A stretch of 64,000 nt of DNA from an uncultured bacterium (GTDB taxonomy: Bacteria > Hydrothermota > UBA3072): the NCBI GenBank assembly GCA_964606065.1, contig CAZSEX010000001.1:959-64958 (forward strand), read 5' to 3'. The notes below the pieces were generated by a model that ran no database searches, was not told the DNA's origin, and saw only the letters and a list, made by a program, of their open reading frames with translations. Both the position numbers and the translations under genes were made by a program. Every line of letters begins with the position of its first letter. Positions within the stretch are counted from its first letter, which is position 1. Of this stretch, positions 46,167 through 56,177 are shown one piece after another.

Positions 46167-47047
46167 GGCAGTCTCTTCTGGAAGAGACGATGAATGGAAC
46201 CGACATAATCTTCTCCGGTCGTTATTTCAATTCTGTCCAGTCCATTGATATTAAATAACCGATTCAATTCTTCGTCGCGCTCTTTTCTGATTTTTTTTAG
46301 TTTTTCGGACAATTCTTTACCGTCGAACATTCTGATTTTCCCGGTCTCAGCGTCGAGGAAGTTTATTTTTCCGTTTAATTCAAACTCCTTTTCCAGTGGA
46401 TCTCGAACTAAAATCGGGATGAGATCGAATTTTTTAGCCATGAGAGAAAGCGGCATCTTGATGTGATCGGTGCTGAAGTTTTCTCCCAAAAAGTCGGATA
46501 TAAAAAGAACGATCGCTCCATGGCGTAGAACTTCTTGAGAGAATTCCATAGCGGGTACCGGGTCGGTTTTTTTGCTTTCTCCTTCGAAGAGCAAAATATC
46601 CCGGATTATATGGAGAGTGTGTCTTCTTCCTTTAGCCGCCGGCAGATAATGCTCAACTTTATCGGAGAACATTAAGAGTCCCGCCTTGTCGTTATTTTTT
46701 TCCGCGGAAAAAGCGAAAAGAGCGGCAATTCTGGCTATAAGGTCTTTTTTCTTCTCTTTCCTTGTCCCGAATTCTCCCGATCCGCTGCAGTCCGCTATTA
46801 TGAAAACAGTCAACTCTCTTTCTTCCACAAAGCGTTTGACGAAAGGATGATTCATTCTGGCGGTAACATTCCAGTCGATATTCCTTATATCATCTCCGAT
46901 GAAGTAGTCACGTACTTCGTGGAATTCCATCCCTTTTCCTTTGAAGGAACTTTTGTATTCTCCTCCGAAAAGAGTGTTAATCACTTTTTTCGATTCTATT
47001 TCGATCTGTCTTACTTCACTCAGTATATCTCTAATTCTCTCTTCCAT
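46163..47047 (-). CDS. DUF58 protein (the VWA-like partner of MoxR).
   Basis: Canonical position after the MoxR ATPase. Motif VFIIADCSGS. Confidence 0.65.
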   Translation of the reverse strand: MEERIRDILSEVRQIEIESKKVINTLFGGEYKSSFKGKGMEFHEVRDYFIGDDIRNIDWNVTARMNHPFVKRFVEERELTVFIIADCSGSGEFGTRKEKKKDLIARIAALFAFSAEKNNDKAGLLMFSDKVEHYLPAAKGRRHTLHIIRDILLFEGESKKTDPVPAMEFSQEVLRHGAIVLFISDFLGENFSTDHIKMPLSLMAKKFDLIPILVRDPLEKEFELNGKINFLDAETGKIRMFDGKELSEKLKKIRKERDEELNRLFNINGLDRIEITTGEDYVGSIHRLFQKRLP

Positions 47048-47097
47048 AATTACCTAAAAGAAAATCTTTCGTATTTTTCGTGTATTTCGTGGTTTAA

Positions 47098-48087
47098 TCA
47101 CGGGATTTCAATCGCTTCCAATATATCTCTTATTATATCTTCTTCTTTTATCCCCTCCGCTTCCGCTTCGTAAGATAGTATTATCCTGTGCCGCAAGATG
47201 TCGTAAACAGCAGCCTTTACATCTTCGGGAATGACAAAGCCGCGTCTCTGTAAAAAGGCGTGAGCCCGCGCGGCTTCGAAGAGGTATATGGAAGCTCTGG
47301 GAGATGCGCCGTATCTAATATAAACGTCGAGTTTTTCGATTCCGTAGTCGGAAGGCTTTCTGGTCGCGAACACTATATCTATTATATAATCACGAATTTT
47401 CTCATCGGCGTGAATTTTATAGATGAAATCTCTAAGCGCATTAAGTTCTTTTATGTCTACTACGGGTTTGGTTTCGGGAAGTTTCTCCGCTGTTTGCTGT
47501 TTCATTATCCTTTTTTCTTCGTCTTTATTAGGATAAGAAATTATTAACTTCTGTTTAAATCTATCCACCTGTGCTTCGGGGAGAGGATAAGTTCCTTCCT
47601 GCTCTATGGGATTCTGAGTAGCCAGAACCATAAATGGCTCGGGTAATGGATATGTCTCATCACCTATGGTTACCTGTCTTTCCTGCATCGCTTCGAGTAG
47701 AGCACTCTGGACTTTTGGGGGAGCTCTGTTTATCTCATCGGATAGAATAAAGTTCGCGAACAGGGGACCTTTCTTTGGTGTAAAATCACCGGTTTTCTGA
47801 TTGTATATCTGTGTTCCCGTGATATCGGCAGGGAGAAGATCCGGTGTAAACTGAATTCTTCTGAAACTCGCGTTTACAGTCGCTGCCAGTGTTTTTATTA
47901 TGTATGTTTTTGCGAGACCGGGGACTCCTTCTATTAGTATATGACCCCTTGTAAGAAGTCCGATTATGGTTTTTTCGATTATTTCCCTTTGCCCTATAAT
48001 AGATTTCCCTATTTCGGCTAAAAGATTTTCTATTATAGCGCTTTTATCTTTCGCTTCAGCGTTAAGGTTCTGTAAATCTATACTCAT
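47098..48087 (-). CDS. MoxR-family AAA+ ATPase. The start is moved to the ATG with RBS GGAGG; the track ORF begins 5 codons further upstream at a TTG.
   Basis: Walker A GVPGLAKT, Walker B ILSDEINRA, and the MoxR-like C-terminal region. Confidence 0.8.
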   Translation of the reverse strand: MSIDLQNLNAEAKDKSAIIENLLAEIGKSIIGQREIIEKTIIGLLTRGHILIEGVPGLAKTYIIKTLAATVNASFRRIQFTPDLLPADITGTQIYNQKTGDFTPKKGPLFANFILSDEINRAPPKVQSALLEAMQERQVTIGDETYPLPEPFMVLATQNPIEQEGTYPLPEAQVDRFKQKLIISYPNKDEEKRIMKQQTAEKLPETKPVVDIKELNALRDFIYKIHADEKIRDYIIDIVFATRKPSDYGIEKLDVYIRYGASPRASIYLFEAARAHAFLQRRGFVIPEDVKAAVYDILRHRIILSYEAEAEGIKEEDIIRDILEAIEIP

Positions 48088-48318
48088 TTTACCTCCTTCC
48101 AATTACTGATTGTTGTTGGGGAACGGTACAAATTTAATTATCAAAAAGTTGTTGTCAACCCCGTTATTCCCCTTATATATCCTTTACATCCCCGCGTAAT
48201 TTCTCAGCTTACAGACGCATTTTATGTTATAAAAGTTCTGAAATCTTTTGTATATCGGTTTAAATCCTGTAAATTTGAAGTTCTTGACAGAATAGATGGA
48301 TAGCATAAATTAATTGGT

Positions 48319-50187
48319 ATGAATAAAAAGAAAAAGATGAGATTAAAAGAACTAACACAAAACCAAAATTTTTATTTCCTGTCTTTCTTGCTATTCTTGT
48401 TTTTCTATTATCTTTTATTTTTTGATTCGTCCTTGTATCATCATTATCACCAACCCTTATTTCTCTTCGATAAAATTTACATAAAAGAATTTTTCTTATA
48501 TCCCGGAGGACCGGCAGAGTGCATTACCCAATTTCTTCTTCAATTCTTCTATTTTAATCTGCTTGGTTCTTTAATAATTTCGGCTCTTTTAGTGTCTATC
48601 TTTATTGTTACTTATAAGCTTATTAAAAAAATCGGAAATTTTAAATACTCCTTAATTCTTGCTTTTCTGCCTGTCGGTTTACTGCTGATTATACAAAATC
48701 AATATAATTTTCCCCTGGCAATAACTGTAAAATATTTACTGGCATTAATATTTTTCCTTGGATATACAAAAGTTCCCGATCGGTTCAAAATATTTTTTAT
48801 TTTTCTATTCTTTTTAATTTATTACATTTTGGGCGGATGGACGTATTTATTTTTTATTGCGCTTTGTTCGTTATACGAATTACTTTTCCGGAATGGTTCA
48901 AAAAAATATATTTATGCGGGGTTTAATGTTCTGCTTTATTTCATATACCCTTACATCTCGGCGCATTATTTATTTACGATTTCCCTTAAGGAAGCATACC
49001 TTTACATCGTCTCTTATGAAATTTATTATGAGCCTTTTTTGTTCAGTCCCGGATTATCTTTTTACTTAACTTTTCTTTCTTTCCCTGTATTGCAAATAGG
49101 TCTTTTCGTGTATTTAAAATGTTTTAATAACAGGATTAAAAAAGGGGGGGAATCGTTATTGAGATACAATCATATATTGGCACAATTAATTTTTATTGTA
49201 GTTGCAGGAGCCCTTACACTGGCAATTTCTTTTGACCGAAACGCAAAACAGGAAATTAGAATTGATTATTTCGCAGAACAGGGCAGATGGCAGGAACTCC
49301 TGTTTTCAATCAATAAAATGGAAGAATATGATAGATTGGTCAATTTTAATGTGAATAGAGCTCTATATCATACAGGACAAATGCTCGACAATCTGTTCAG
49401 TTATCCTCAACTTCTGGGAACTGATGGTTTATTTATCACAAAAATCATTGCCAGTCAGTTTGCAATTCCAGCCAGCGATTTATATTTTGACTTAGGACAT
49501 GTTCAGGCTTCGCGAGTTATGGCATATGAGGGGCAAACAAAGTTCAAATACAATCCGAGAATTTTGAAAAGACTTGCTATAACCAATATTATAGACGGGA
49601 AATATGTTATCGCGAGAAAATTCTTAGATCTCCTCGACAAAAGTATTTTACATAAAAAATGGGTTAAACATTATGAAAACTATCTCTCTGATAAGTTGTT
49701 GATAAAATCTGATAGTCTAATTCAATTAAAGCGCAGACAGCGGCCGGAATCCGATTTTTTTATTGATAATGTAAACCCCAATAATGATTTAGTTGGCCTG
49801 TTAAACAAAAAAAACAAAATGGCCTTCGAATATCTAACAGCATATTATTTGCTGGAAGGCAGATTAGTAGATGTGGCGAGAAATCTTGATAAATTTAAAA
49901 AGTTCGGTTATAAGAAATATCCACGCCATATAGAAGAAGCGTTATTGTTATACAGTATTTTAGCTCCATCGGAAAAAATCAAGATAGAATATAGAATTAA
50001 TCCAAAGATTGTTGAAGAGTTCAAGCAGTTCAGCGTAACTCTTGCTAAATTCGAAAATCAAGCAGAAGCAAAGAAAATTCTTGGAAAAAATTTTTACGAC
50101 ACATATTGGTATTACGTTCGCTTTCTTAATCCTAAGGTTACGAAACGTGAGTTAAAAAGGAGAATAATCAATGATGATATTTTATAA
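48319..50187 (+). CDS. Large polytopic membrane protein of unknown function, first gene of the cytochrome c operon.
   Basis: More than 10 TM helices in the N-terminal 300 aa, then a soluble C-terminal domain. It overlaps the next gene by 17 nt. Confidence 0.45.
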   Translation: MNKKKKMRLKELTQNQNFYFLSFLLFLFFYYLLFFDSSLYHHYHQPLFLFDKIYIKEFFLYPGGPAECITQFLLQFFYFNLLGSLIISALLVSIFIVTYKLIKKIGNFKYSLILAFLPVGLLLIIQNQYNFPLAITVKYLLALIFFLGYTKVPDRFKIFFIFLFFLIYYILGGWTYLFFIALCSLYELLFRNGSKKYIYAGFNVLLYFIYPYISAHYLFTISLKEAYLYIVSYEIYYEPFLFSPGLSFYLTFLSFPVLQIGLFVYLKCFNNRIKKGGESLLRYNHILAQLIFIVVAGALTLAISFDRNAKQEIRIDYFAEQGRWQELLFSINKMEEYDRLVNFNVNRALYHTGQMLDNLFSYPQLLGTDGLFITKIIASQFAIPASDLYFDLGHVQASRVMAYEGQTKFKYNPRILKRLAITNIIDGKYVIARKFLDLLDKSILHKKWVKHYENYLSDKLLIKSDSLIQLKRRQRPESDFFIDNVNPNNDLVGLLNKKNKMAFEYLTAYYLLEGRLVDVARNLDKFKKFGYKKYPRHIEEALLLYSILAPSEKIKIEYRINPKIVEEFKQFSVTLAKFENQAEAKKILGKNFYDTYWYYVRFLNPKVTKRELKRRIINDDIL

Positions 50188-51700
50188 ATACGCAAAGGCA
50201 GCATTTATTGGAGTCTTTTTCATTACCTGCGGATTACAAAATTGCGCCAATCCGGTTCCCGAGGATTATATCGAAATGGACCGTACACCAATTATAGACC
50301 CGGACTATGCGAACATCGTTATTCCTCCGAATATAGCCCCTTTAAATTTTAAGATCAATGAAGAAGGAATGGAATTTTATATCGATATTTACGTGGACAA
50401 AGAAGAAGGCGATCATATCAAAATAAAAACCTGTGAGAATATTGTAATGATACCGATAAAGAAATGGAAAGCTCTTTTATCGAAAAGTGCTGGAGAAAAG
50501 ATATACATCGATATATATCAAAAGGATGAAAATCAAAAATGGAAGAAATTTCGCACGATAGAGAATAAAATAGCGAAGGAGAAAATCGGCAGCCATGTTG
50601 CTTACCGGTTAATCAATCCGGGTTATGTGTTGTGGTGGGAAATGGGTATTTATCAACGCAATCTCGAAAATTTCGACGAATCTGTTATTTTCAATAATAG
50701 AACTACAGAGCATAATTGTATGAATTGCCATTCTTTCTGCAACAATAATCCTGAAACCATGATGTTTCACATGAGAGGTAAACACGGAGGGACGATGGTG
50801 GTTAAAAACGACGATGCGGATAAAGTAAACACTGCAACAAAATATACGATGTCTGCCGGCGTTTATCCTGCCTGGCATCCCAACGGGAGGCATATCGCTT
50901 TTTCGATCAATAAAATATATCAGCAGTTTCACGCCAGGGAAAATAAAAGCATTCATGTATGGGATAAGGTTTCCGATTTAGTTATTTACGATACAGAAAC
51001 AAACACAATAACAACATCTCCGAAAGTTTCGACAGAGCGATTGGAAAATTTACCCGAGTGGAGTCCTGACGGTAAGTATTTATATTTCTGCAGCGCGCCT
51101 GAATGGGGAGATAAAGAATACCACGAAATGAAATATGACCTTATGCGTATCTCCTATGATGTCGAAACAAATCAGTGGGGTGAAGTAGAGCCGGTTATTA
51201 CTGCCCGGGAAACCGGAAAGAGTGTCTCTTTCCCAAGAATTTCTCCCGATGGTAAATATCTGTTATTCACTTTGAGTGATTACGGATATTTTTCCATACA
51301 TTTTTCATCCAGTGACCTTTATATGTTAGATATGGGAACAGAAAAGTACCGTAAACTTAATATAAACAGCGAGAGCAGCGAAAGTTATCATACGTGGTCG
51401 AGCAATAGCCGGTGGTTTGTTTTTGCAAGTAAAAGAAAAGACGGTCTGTGCTCAAGGTTGTATTTTTGTTACATGGATACACTGGGGAATGTGTATAAAG
51501 CGTTTATAATGCCGCAAGAAAATCCCACATTTTATGACACGTATATAATGAACTACAACATACCGGAATTGATCAATGGTCCGGTGAGAGCCGATCACTG
51601 GGATTTAGTGCAGGCTGCCAATAAAAAACCTGCACAGGCAAAATTTGATACGACAGTCAATATCGATGCTCTATCGGGCGCTACAAAAATAGCTGAATAA
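50171..51700 (+). CDS. Lipoprotein with PD40/TolB-like beta-propeller repeats and a single CXXCH heme c-binding motif (putative c-type cytochrome).
   Basis: Lipobox FITC. Motif CMNCH. Repeats WSPDGKYLYF and ISPDGKYLLF. It lies immediately upstream of ccsBA. Confidence 0.5.
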   Translation: MMIFYKYAKAAFIGVFFITCGLQNCANPVPEDYIEMDRTPIIDPDYANIVIPPNIAPLNFKINEEGMEFYIDIYVDKEEGDHIKIKTCENIVMIPIKKWKALLSKSAGEKIYIDIYQKDENQKWKKFRTIENKIAKEKIGSHVAYRLINPGYVLWWEMGIYQRNLENFDESVIFNNRTTEHNCMNCHSFCNNNPETMMFHMRGKHGGTMVVKNDDADKVNTATKYTMSAGVYPAWHPNGRHIAFSINKIYQQFHARENKSIHVWDKVSDLVIYDTETNTITTSPKVSTERLENLPEWSPDGKYLYFCSAPEWGDKEYHEMKYDLMRISYDVETNQWGEVEPVITARETGKSVSFPRISPDGKYLLFTLSDYGYFSIHFSSSDLYMLDMGTEKYRKLNINSESSESYHTWSSNSRWFVFASKRKDGLCSRLYFCYMDTLGNVYKAFIMPQENPTFYDTYIMNYNIPELINGPVRADHWDLVQAANKKPAQAKFDTTVNIDALSGATKIAE

Positions 51701-51707
51701 CAATCAA

Positions 51708-53093
51708 GTGAAAACAAGGTTCCCGATTCTTACCATACTTCTGCTAACCATGTTAGCTATCGCGAGTATTGTAATCGCTACTTTACTCGAACGGTTATAC
51801 GGAAGTTCTGCGGCAACAGCTCTGGTATATAATACCTGGTGGTTTGAGGTCTTATGGATTTGCTTTTCGGTCATGCTTTTCGCGAATCTTATTCGTTTTA
51901 AATTGTGGCGGAGAAAAAAATGGGTTATGGTTTTATTCCCCTTTGCTTTTTCGACTATTTTACTGGGTTTCATGCTGACCAAACATTTTACCATAAAAGG
52001 GTTCCTTTACCTTCGCGAGGGAGAATCCTCTCAGCATTTTTTTTCGACGCAGCCTTATTTGCGGATTCGGATAAGTAACGAAAATATTTCTGTCGACAAA
52101 GAATACGAATTGGGGTTCTCTCCTGTGGGAAAACCTTTTGCAAAAAAATTAAAAATCGATAAAACTCCTATTTCTCTCAGGGTAAAAAGTCACATCACCA
52201 ATCCGGTTAAAGATTTAGTCGAAGATACCAAAGGAACACCTGTGGTGGAAATCGTTGCTTTTAAATCCCATTTTTCTAAATCCGTTTTTTTAGAAAAGGG
52301 CGAAACGGACTCTTGTTTCGCTATTTATTTCGGATTCGAAAGCGATATTAAAGGAAATGTCCCCTGGATACAATTAGAACGGCGGAACCGAGAAATAAGG
52401 GTTTTTTCTAACCGGCACATAACCCGAAAAAAGATCGGCTCCGAAAAGAAAGGAATTTTTAAACCTTTCGTTTCAACCCGGTTTGACAATTCTTTTGTTT
52501 ACACTATCGATTCTGTTTCTTTTACGCTCAGACGGTATATCCCTAAGGGCAGAATTCAGGCCTTTTCTTCGGAAGCTTTGCTATACACGGAAGATAAAGT
52601 TTCAGAAGCTCTCGATGTAACTGTTGAAATTGGGTCTTATCGCCAATCCGTTTCGCTTTTTGCCGGAGAAGGGATAGAAGGTAAGCCGAAAATTATTCAA
52701 AGCAATGGGATAAAACTCGAACTTCGATTCGGACCTAAACCTTATCATTTGCCTTTTTCCCTTCGTCTTGCGGATTTTAGAGTTGAAAGATATAAGGATT
52801 CACAAGAGCCTTCTCAATTTAAAAGTGATGTGTTAATAGAAGATTTGAAAAGCGGCATTGAAAAACCTTACTCTATATATATGAATCACATTCTTAAATA
52901 TCGAGGTTATCGAATATACCAGTATTTCTTTGATAAAGATGAAAAAGGATCCGTTTTTTTTGTTTCCCGCGACCCCGGAACCCCTGTGGCTTACACGGGA
53001 TTTTTCCTCCTCATAATCACCATAGCATTCGGTTTTTTTTATCCGAAAAGTCGAATCCGTGAGCTTGAGACCCAGCTCAGGGAGCCCCAATGA
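51708..53093 (+). CDS. ccsB: Cytochrome c biogenesis protein ResB/CcsB (system II).
   Basis: N-terminal TM segment, then YNTWWFEVLW (the ResB S/TWWF motif). It has a large periplasmic domain, C-terminal TM helices, and is followed by ccsA. Confidence 0.65.
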   Translation: MKTRFPILTILLLTMLAIASIVIATLLERLYGSSAATALVYNTWWFEVLWICFSVMLFANLIRFKLWRRKKWVMVLFPFAFSTILLGFMLTKHFTIKGFLYLREGESSQHFFSTQPYLRIRISNENISVDKEYELGFSPVGKPFAKKLKIDKTPISLRVKSHITNPVKDLVEDTKGTPVVEIVAFKSHFSKSVFLEKGETDSCFAIYFGFESDIKGNVPWIQLERRNREIRVFSNRHITRKKIGSEKKGIFKPFVSTRFDNSFVYTIDSVSFTLRRYIPKGRIQAFSSEALLYTEDKVSEALDVTVEIGSYRQSVSLFAGEGIEGKPKIIQSNGIKLELRFGPKPYHLPFSLRLADFRVERYKDSQEPSQFKSDVLIEDLKSGIEKPYSIYMNHILKYRGYRIYQYFFDKDEKGSVFFVSRDPGTPVAYTGFFLLIITIAFGFFYPKSRIRELETQLREPQ

Positions 53094-54133
53094 CAACGAG
53101 TAATTTAAAAAACCGCGTCGGTTTCCTGCTCTTGTCTCTTATGGTACTCTTGTGTATGGGTTCTTCTTTTCATTTGAAAATCGAAGAATTATATTACAAT
53201 TTTCGAATTTTCGAGCGGATCGGGAAATGGTTCCTATCCGTTACCGGATTTTTTTTACTGATAGTTATCGGTCGATTCGCATTTAAAAAAAGATTCCGAA
53301 AAATATTTTCTATTCTGGAAAGTATCTTCCCCTGGGCAACGTGGATTGGATTTTTAGTTTTCACCGCGGGATTAGGAATGAGATGGATCCTATCTGGTCA
53401 CGCCCCGCTTAGCAATCAGTACGAATCCATGGTCCTTGCCGCCTGGACCAGCCTTTTAGCCGGGATTGCGATGAGCCGTCATTCTCGTATGCCCCTGATA
53501 TGCGGTAGTTTGCTGGCAGGAATTGTGCTGCTTATGGCTCATATGCCTACTATAGACGCTTCGATTTCTCCTCTGCCGCCCGTTTTAAAATCCAAATTAA
53601 TGATTATTCACGTATCTATCGCAATGACTGGTTACGGTTTTTTCGCGGTAGGATCTTTGCTGGCCTTGTTTAACCTTTTGGTAATGGCTCTCCCTGTTTC
53701 CCACGGGAAAAATCGTTTACCCGGAGATGTGCAAAGATGGAGCAAAATCACGGAACAGGCGCTCTGGACCGGGCTTTTTCTAATCACTATAGGGGGTATA
53801 CTGGGATCTATATGGGCAAATGAAACCTGGGGTAGATACTGGGGATGGGATCCAAAAGAATCATGGACGTTGATATTAATTCTTTCTTATGCAGTAGTTT
53901 TGAATCTTCGCTTTGTTATACGTTCACATTGGGCATATTGGCTTAATGTCTGGGCGTTATTTGCCTTCGGAGCTTTGCTCATGACGTATTTCGGTGTAAA
54001 CCGACTCTTCTCAGGAATGCACGCATACGGCGGGGAAAGAAAAGGGCATTTCCCTTTGTTGTTTTTCTGGATTGCGGGAATATGGGTTGTTTTATCTATT
54101 ATGGGGTATCGAAACCGTAAACGAAGCGTCTAA
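53090..54133 (+). CDS. ccsA: Cytochrome c assembly protein CcsA/ResC (system II heme lyase).
   Basis: Trp-rich WWD motif WANETWGRYWGWDPKESW, and about 8 TM helices. Confidence 0.8.
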   Translation: MTTSNLKNRVGFLLLSLMVLLCMGSSFHLKIEELYYNFRIFERIGKWFLSVTGFFLLIVIGRFAFKKRFRKIFSILESIFPWATWIGFLVFTAGLGMRWILSGHAPLSNQYESMVLAAWTSLLAGIAMSRHSRMPLICGSLLAGIVLLMAHMPTIDASISPLPPVLKSKLMIIHVSIAMTGYGFFAVGSLLALFNLLVMALPVSHGKNRLPGDVQRWSKITEQALWTGLFLITIGGILGSIWANETWGRYWGWDPKESWTLILILSYAVVLNLRFVIRSHWAYWLNVWALFAFGALLMTYFGVNRLFSGMHAYGGERKGHFPLLFFWIAGIWVVLSIMGYRNRKRSV

Positions 54134-55291
54134 TTCAAACAAAAGTTCATTCCAACACACATCCGCCACCAGGTAAACCGCGGGAATATTTGAAATACCA
54201 AGAGATTCCGCAATTTCTTGATACCGGGAGAAATCTTCTTTTCGCTTTAGAAAAACAGTAGCTTCGCAAAAATCAGAAAAAGAAACTCCTTCAGGTTGGA
54301 TAAGCGAATTTATTACCTCTACGGTGTGCTCTACCTGAGCGGAGAAATCGCCGATGTGAATGGTTTTACCATCCTCATTAATAGAAGCGGTACCTGAAAC
54401 GAAAATCCACTTTTGATCCGGTTCTGAAATTCTCATGGCTCGGGAAAATGCGGACCCATATCGATATGGAGAACGCTGACGAATTCCATAAAGAGGTTCA
54501 ATTTGTATATCACTATTGGAACTTTTGGTTACTGCTAAGAGATCCATGACAGCAGAGGCTCCTTCAGAATTTTTTCCTGCGATTCCTGTACTGGCAGGTA
54601 AAAAGATATTTTCCGCGTGGTTGACATCCCCATTATATAACAATCCAAAATCGGTGTAACACCTATTTCTTGCCGAATTGAATTCTTTATACCAATCCAG
54701 TATATTATCCACATAAATCCATGTCCGGGCAACATCCCGAAAAGAAGCGCCTTCTGTCGTTAAAAGTGTTTCAGCTTTATGAAACATCTCTTCCGTTTGC
54801 TCTCGACGGTTTCGCTTCTCCGACGAACTCTCACCGTAAAGGTTCTGAAACTGTAAAAAGATAGCGCCTTTTCGGCTCCACTTCCGTCCGCGAGGTATAT
54901 TTCCTTCAAGTATGGTTTTCACTTTTTCCTCTTCCCGGGAAGGACGAAATGCGCGAAGCTGAACCCCGGCGAGCGGATTACCGTAACATGATTTCCCTTC
55001 TACATAGGTTACCATCCCCGGGTCTTCGGGAAATAGACATCGAATTTTCCGATTCCGTGCTCCGAGGATATTTTTATGGATTTCAATCTTACCGAATATC
55101 CGTTCATGGATAATTTGTGCTCCGGATTCGGCTAAAATTTCGGCAACCTGGTCGTAAATAACTCCTGCGACGCGGACAGAATCCGCATCAGGATTAGTTA
55201 CTAAAGCGGTAATACAGATATAGGAATCTTGGATATCGGTGCGGAAAACCTTGAATTCCGGATGCAAGTCAGTAGTTCGCTTAATACTCAT
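54092..55291 (-). CDS. Tandem RidA/YjgF-fold protein, chorismatase-like (FkbO/Hyg5/XanB2 family).
   Basis: Two YjgF-like segments (RTWIYVDNILDWYKEFNSARNRCY ; ATVFLKRKEDFSRYQEIAESLG), a length of about 400 aa, and an N-terminal extension. Confidence 0.35.
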   Translation of the reverse strand: MSIKRTTDLHPEFKVFRTDIQDSYICITALVTNPDADSVRVAGVIYDQVAEILAESGAQIIHERIFGKIEIHKNILGARNRKIRCLFPEDPGMVTYVEGKSCYGNPLAGVQLRAFRPSREEEKVKTILEGNIPRGRKWSRKGAIFLQFQNLYGESSSEKRNRREQTEEMFHKAETLLTTEGASFRDVARTWIYVDNILDWYKEFNSARNRCYTDFGLLYNGDVNHAENIFLPASTGIAGKNSEGASAVMDLLAVTKSSNSDIQIEPLYGIRQRSPYRYGSAFSRAMRISEPDQKWIFVSGTASINEDGKTIHIGDFSAQVEHTVEVINSLIQPEGVSFSDFCEATVFLKRKEDFSRYQEIAESLGISNIPAVYLVADVCWNELLFELDASFTVSIPHNR

Positions 55292-55636
55292 AGTATTTTA
55301 TCGTGTCTGAAGTATTAACATAAAATGTTCTACCTCAACTGCCAACCTTTTAATACCAGTATAAAACAAAAACGCAGGTCGTAAAGAATCAGAAAACTTG
55401 ATATGTCCTGAATCCAGATCTTTTGCCTGTAACTTAATTTCGAGCAATGAAAATTCATCTTATCCTCATAAAAAAACATATAATGGTTAATTGAAAAGTC
55501 AAGGGAATAAATAGCTTTCCATCCTCCCAACTTTTCACCACAGAGAATATAGAAGATAATGTGATACGTAAATATGGAACCGCTTCAGTTTTCACACGTC
55601 TGTATGTTAGTAAAAAAATATATGGAGGCTTAAAAG

Positions 55637-56125
55637 ATGAAAGGATGGTTTTTTATTATATTAACCTTATTTTTTATTATATCCTGTTCAAAGTCTAAAC
55701 AGACAATTTATGCGGACGAAAAAGAGGTAAAAATGGATAAAATTCAAAAAACGAAAGAAGAATGGAAAAAAGAACTTACCCCAGATGTTTATTATATTAT
55801 GATAGATAAGGGCACGGAAAGACCTTTTTCAGGGAAATACTACAATTATAAAGAAAAAGGCGTCTATGTCTGCGCCGCGTGCGGTAACGAGCTTTTCAGT
55901 TCGGACGCTAAATTTGAATCGGGAACCGGATGGCCGAGTTTTTATGAGGCTATAGAAAAGGGGAAAATAGAGACAAAACCTGACTCTACAGGAGGGATGA
56001 TAAGAACGGAAGTTCTCTGCGCGAGATGCGGAGGGCACCTGGGACATGTATTCGACGACGGTCCTCCTCCCACGGGAAAAAGATTCTGCATAAATTCCCT
56101 GTCGCTTGACTTCAAAAAAGAATAA
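55637..56125 (+). CDS. msrB: Peptide-methionine (R)-S-oxide reductase MsrB with a signal/lipoprotein leader.
   Basis: CAACGNELF ... GWPSF ... [21 protein letters not shown] gives both Zn-binding CxxC pairs and the catalytic Cys motif. Confidence 0.85.
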   Translation: MKGWFFIILTLFFIISCSKSKQTIYADEKEVKMDKIQKTKEEWKKELTPDVYYIMIDKGTERPFSGKYYNYKEKGVYVCAACGNELFSSDAKFESGTGWPSFYEAIEKGKIETKPDSTGGMIRTEVLCARCGGHLGHVFDDGPPPTGKRFCINSLSLDFKKE

Positions 56126-56157
56126 AAAAAGGCAGGGTTGAAACCCTGCCTTTTTTC
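56124..56157. terminator. Bidirectional rho-independent terminator between msrB and the convergent T9SS cargo gene.
   Basis: AAAAAAAGGCAGGGTTGAAACCCTGCCTTTTTT is a perfect 8-bp GC-rich stem flanked by an A-run and a T-run. Confidence 0.8.
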
Positions 56158-56177
56158 AGGCAATACTCTTTCTCTTA

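Noticed and set aside
54092-54133. A 42-nt convergent overlap between ccsA and the chorismatase-like gene as evidence of an annotation error.
   Set aside because: Both ORFs have credible C-termini. Convergent 3' overlaps of this size occur, and this one is kept as is.
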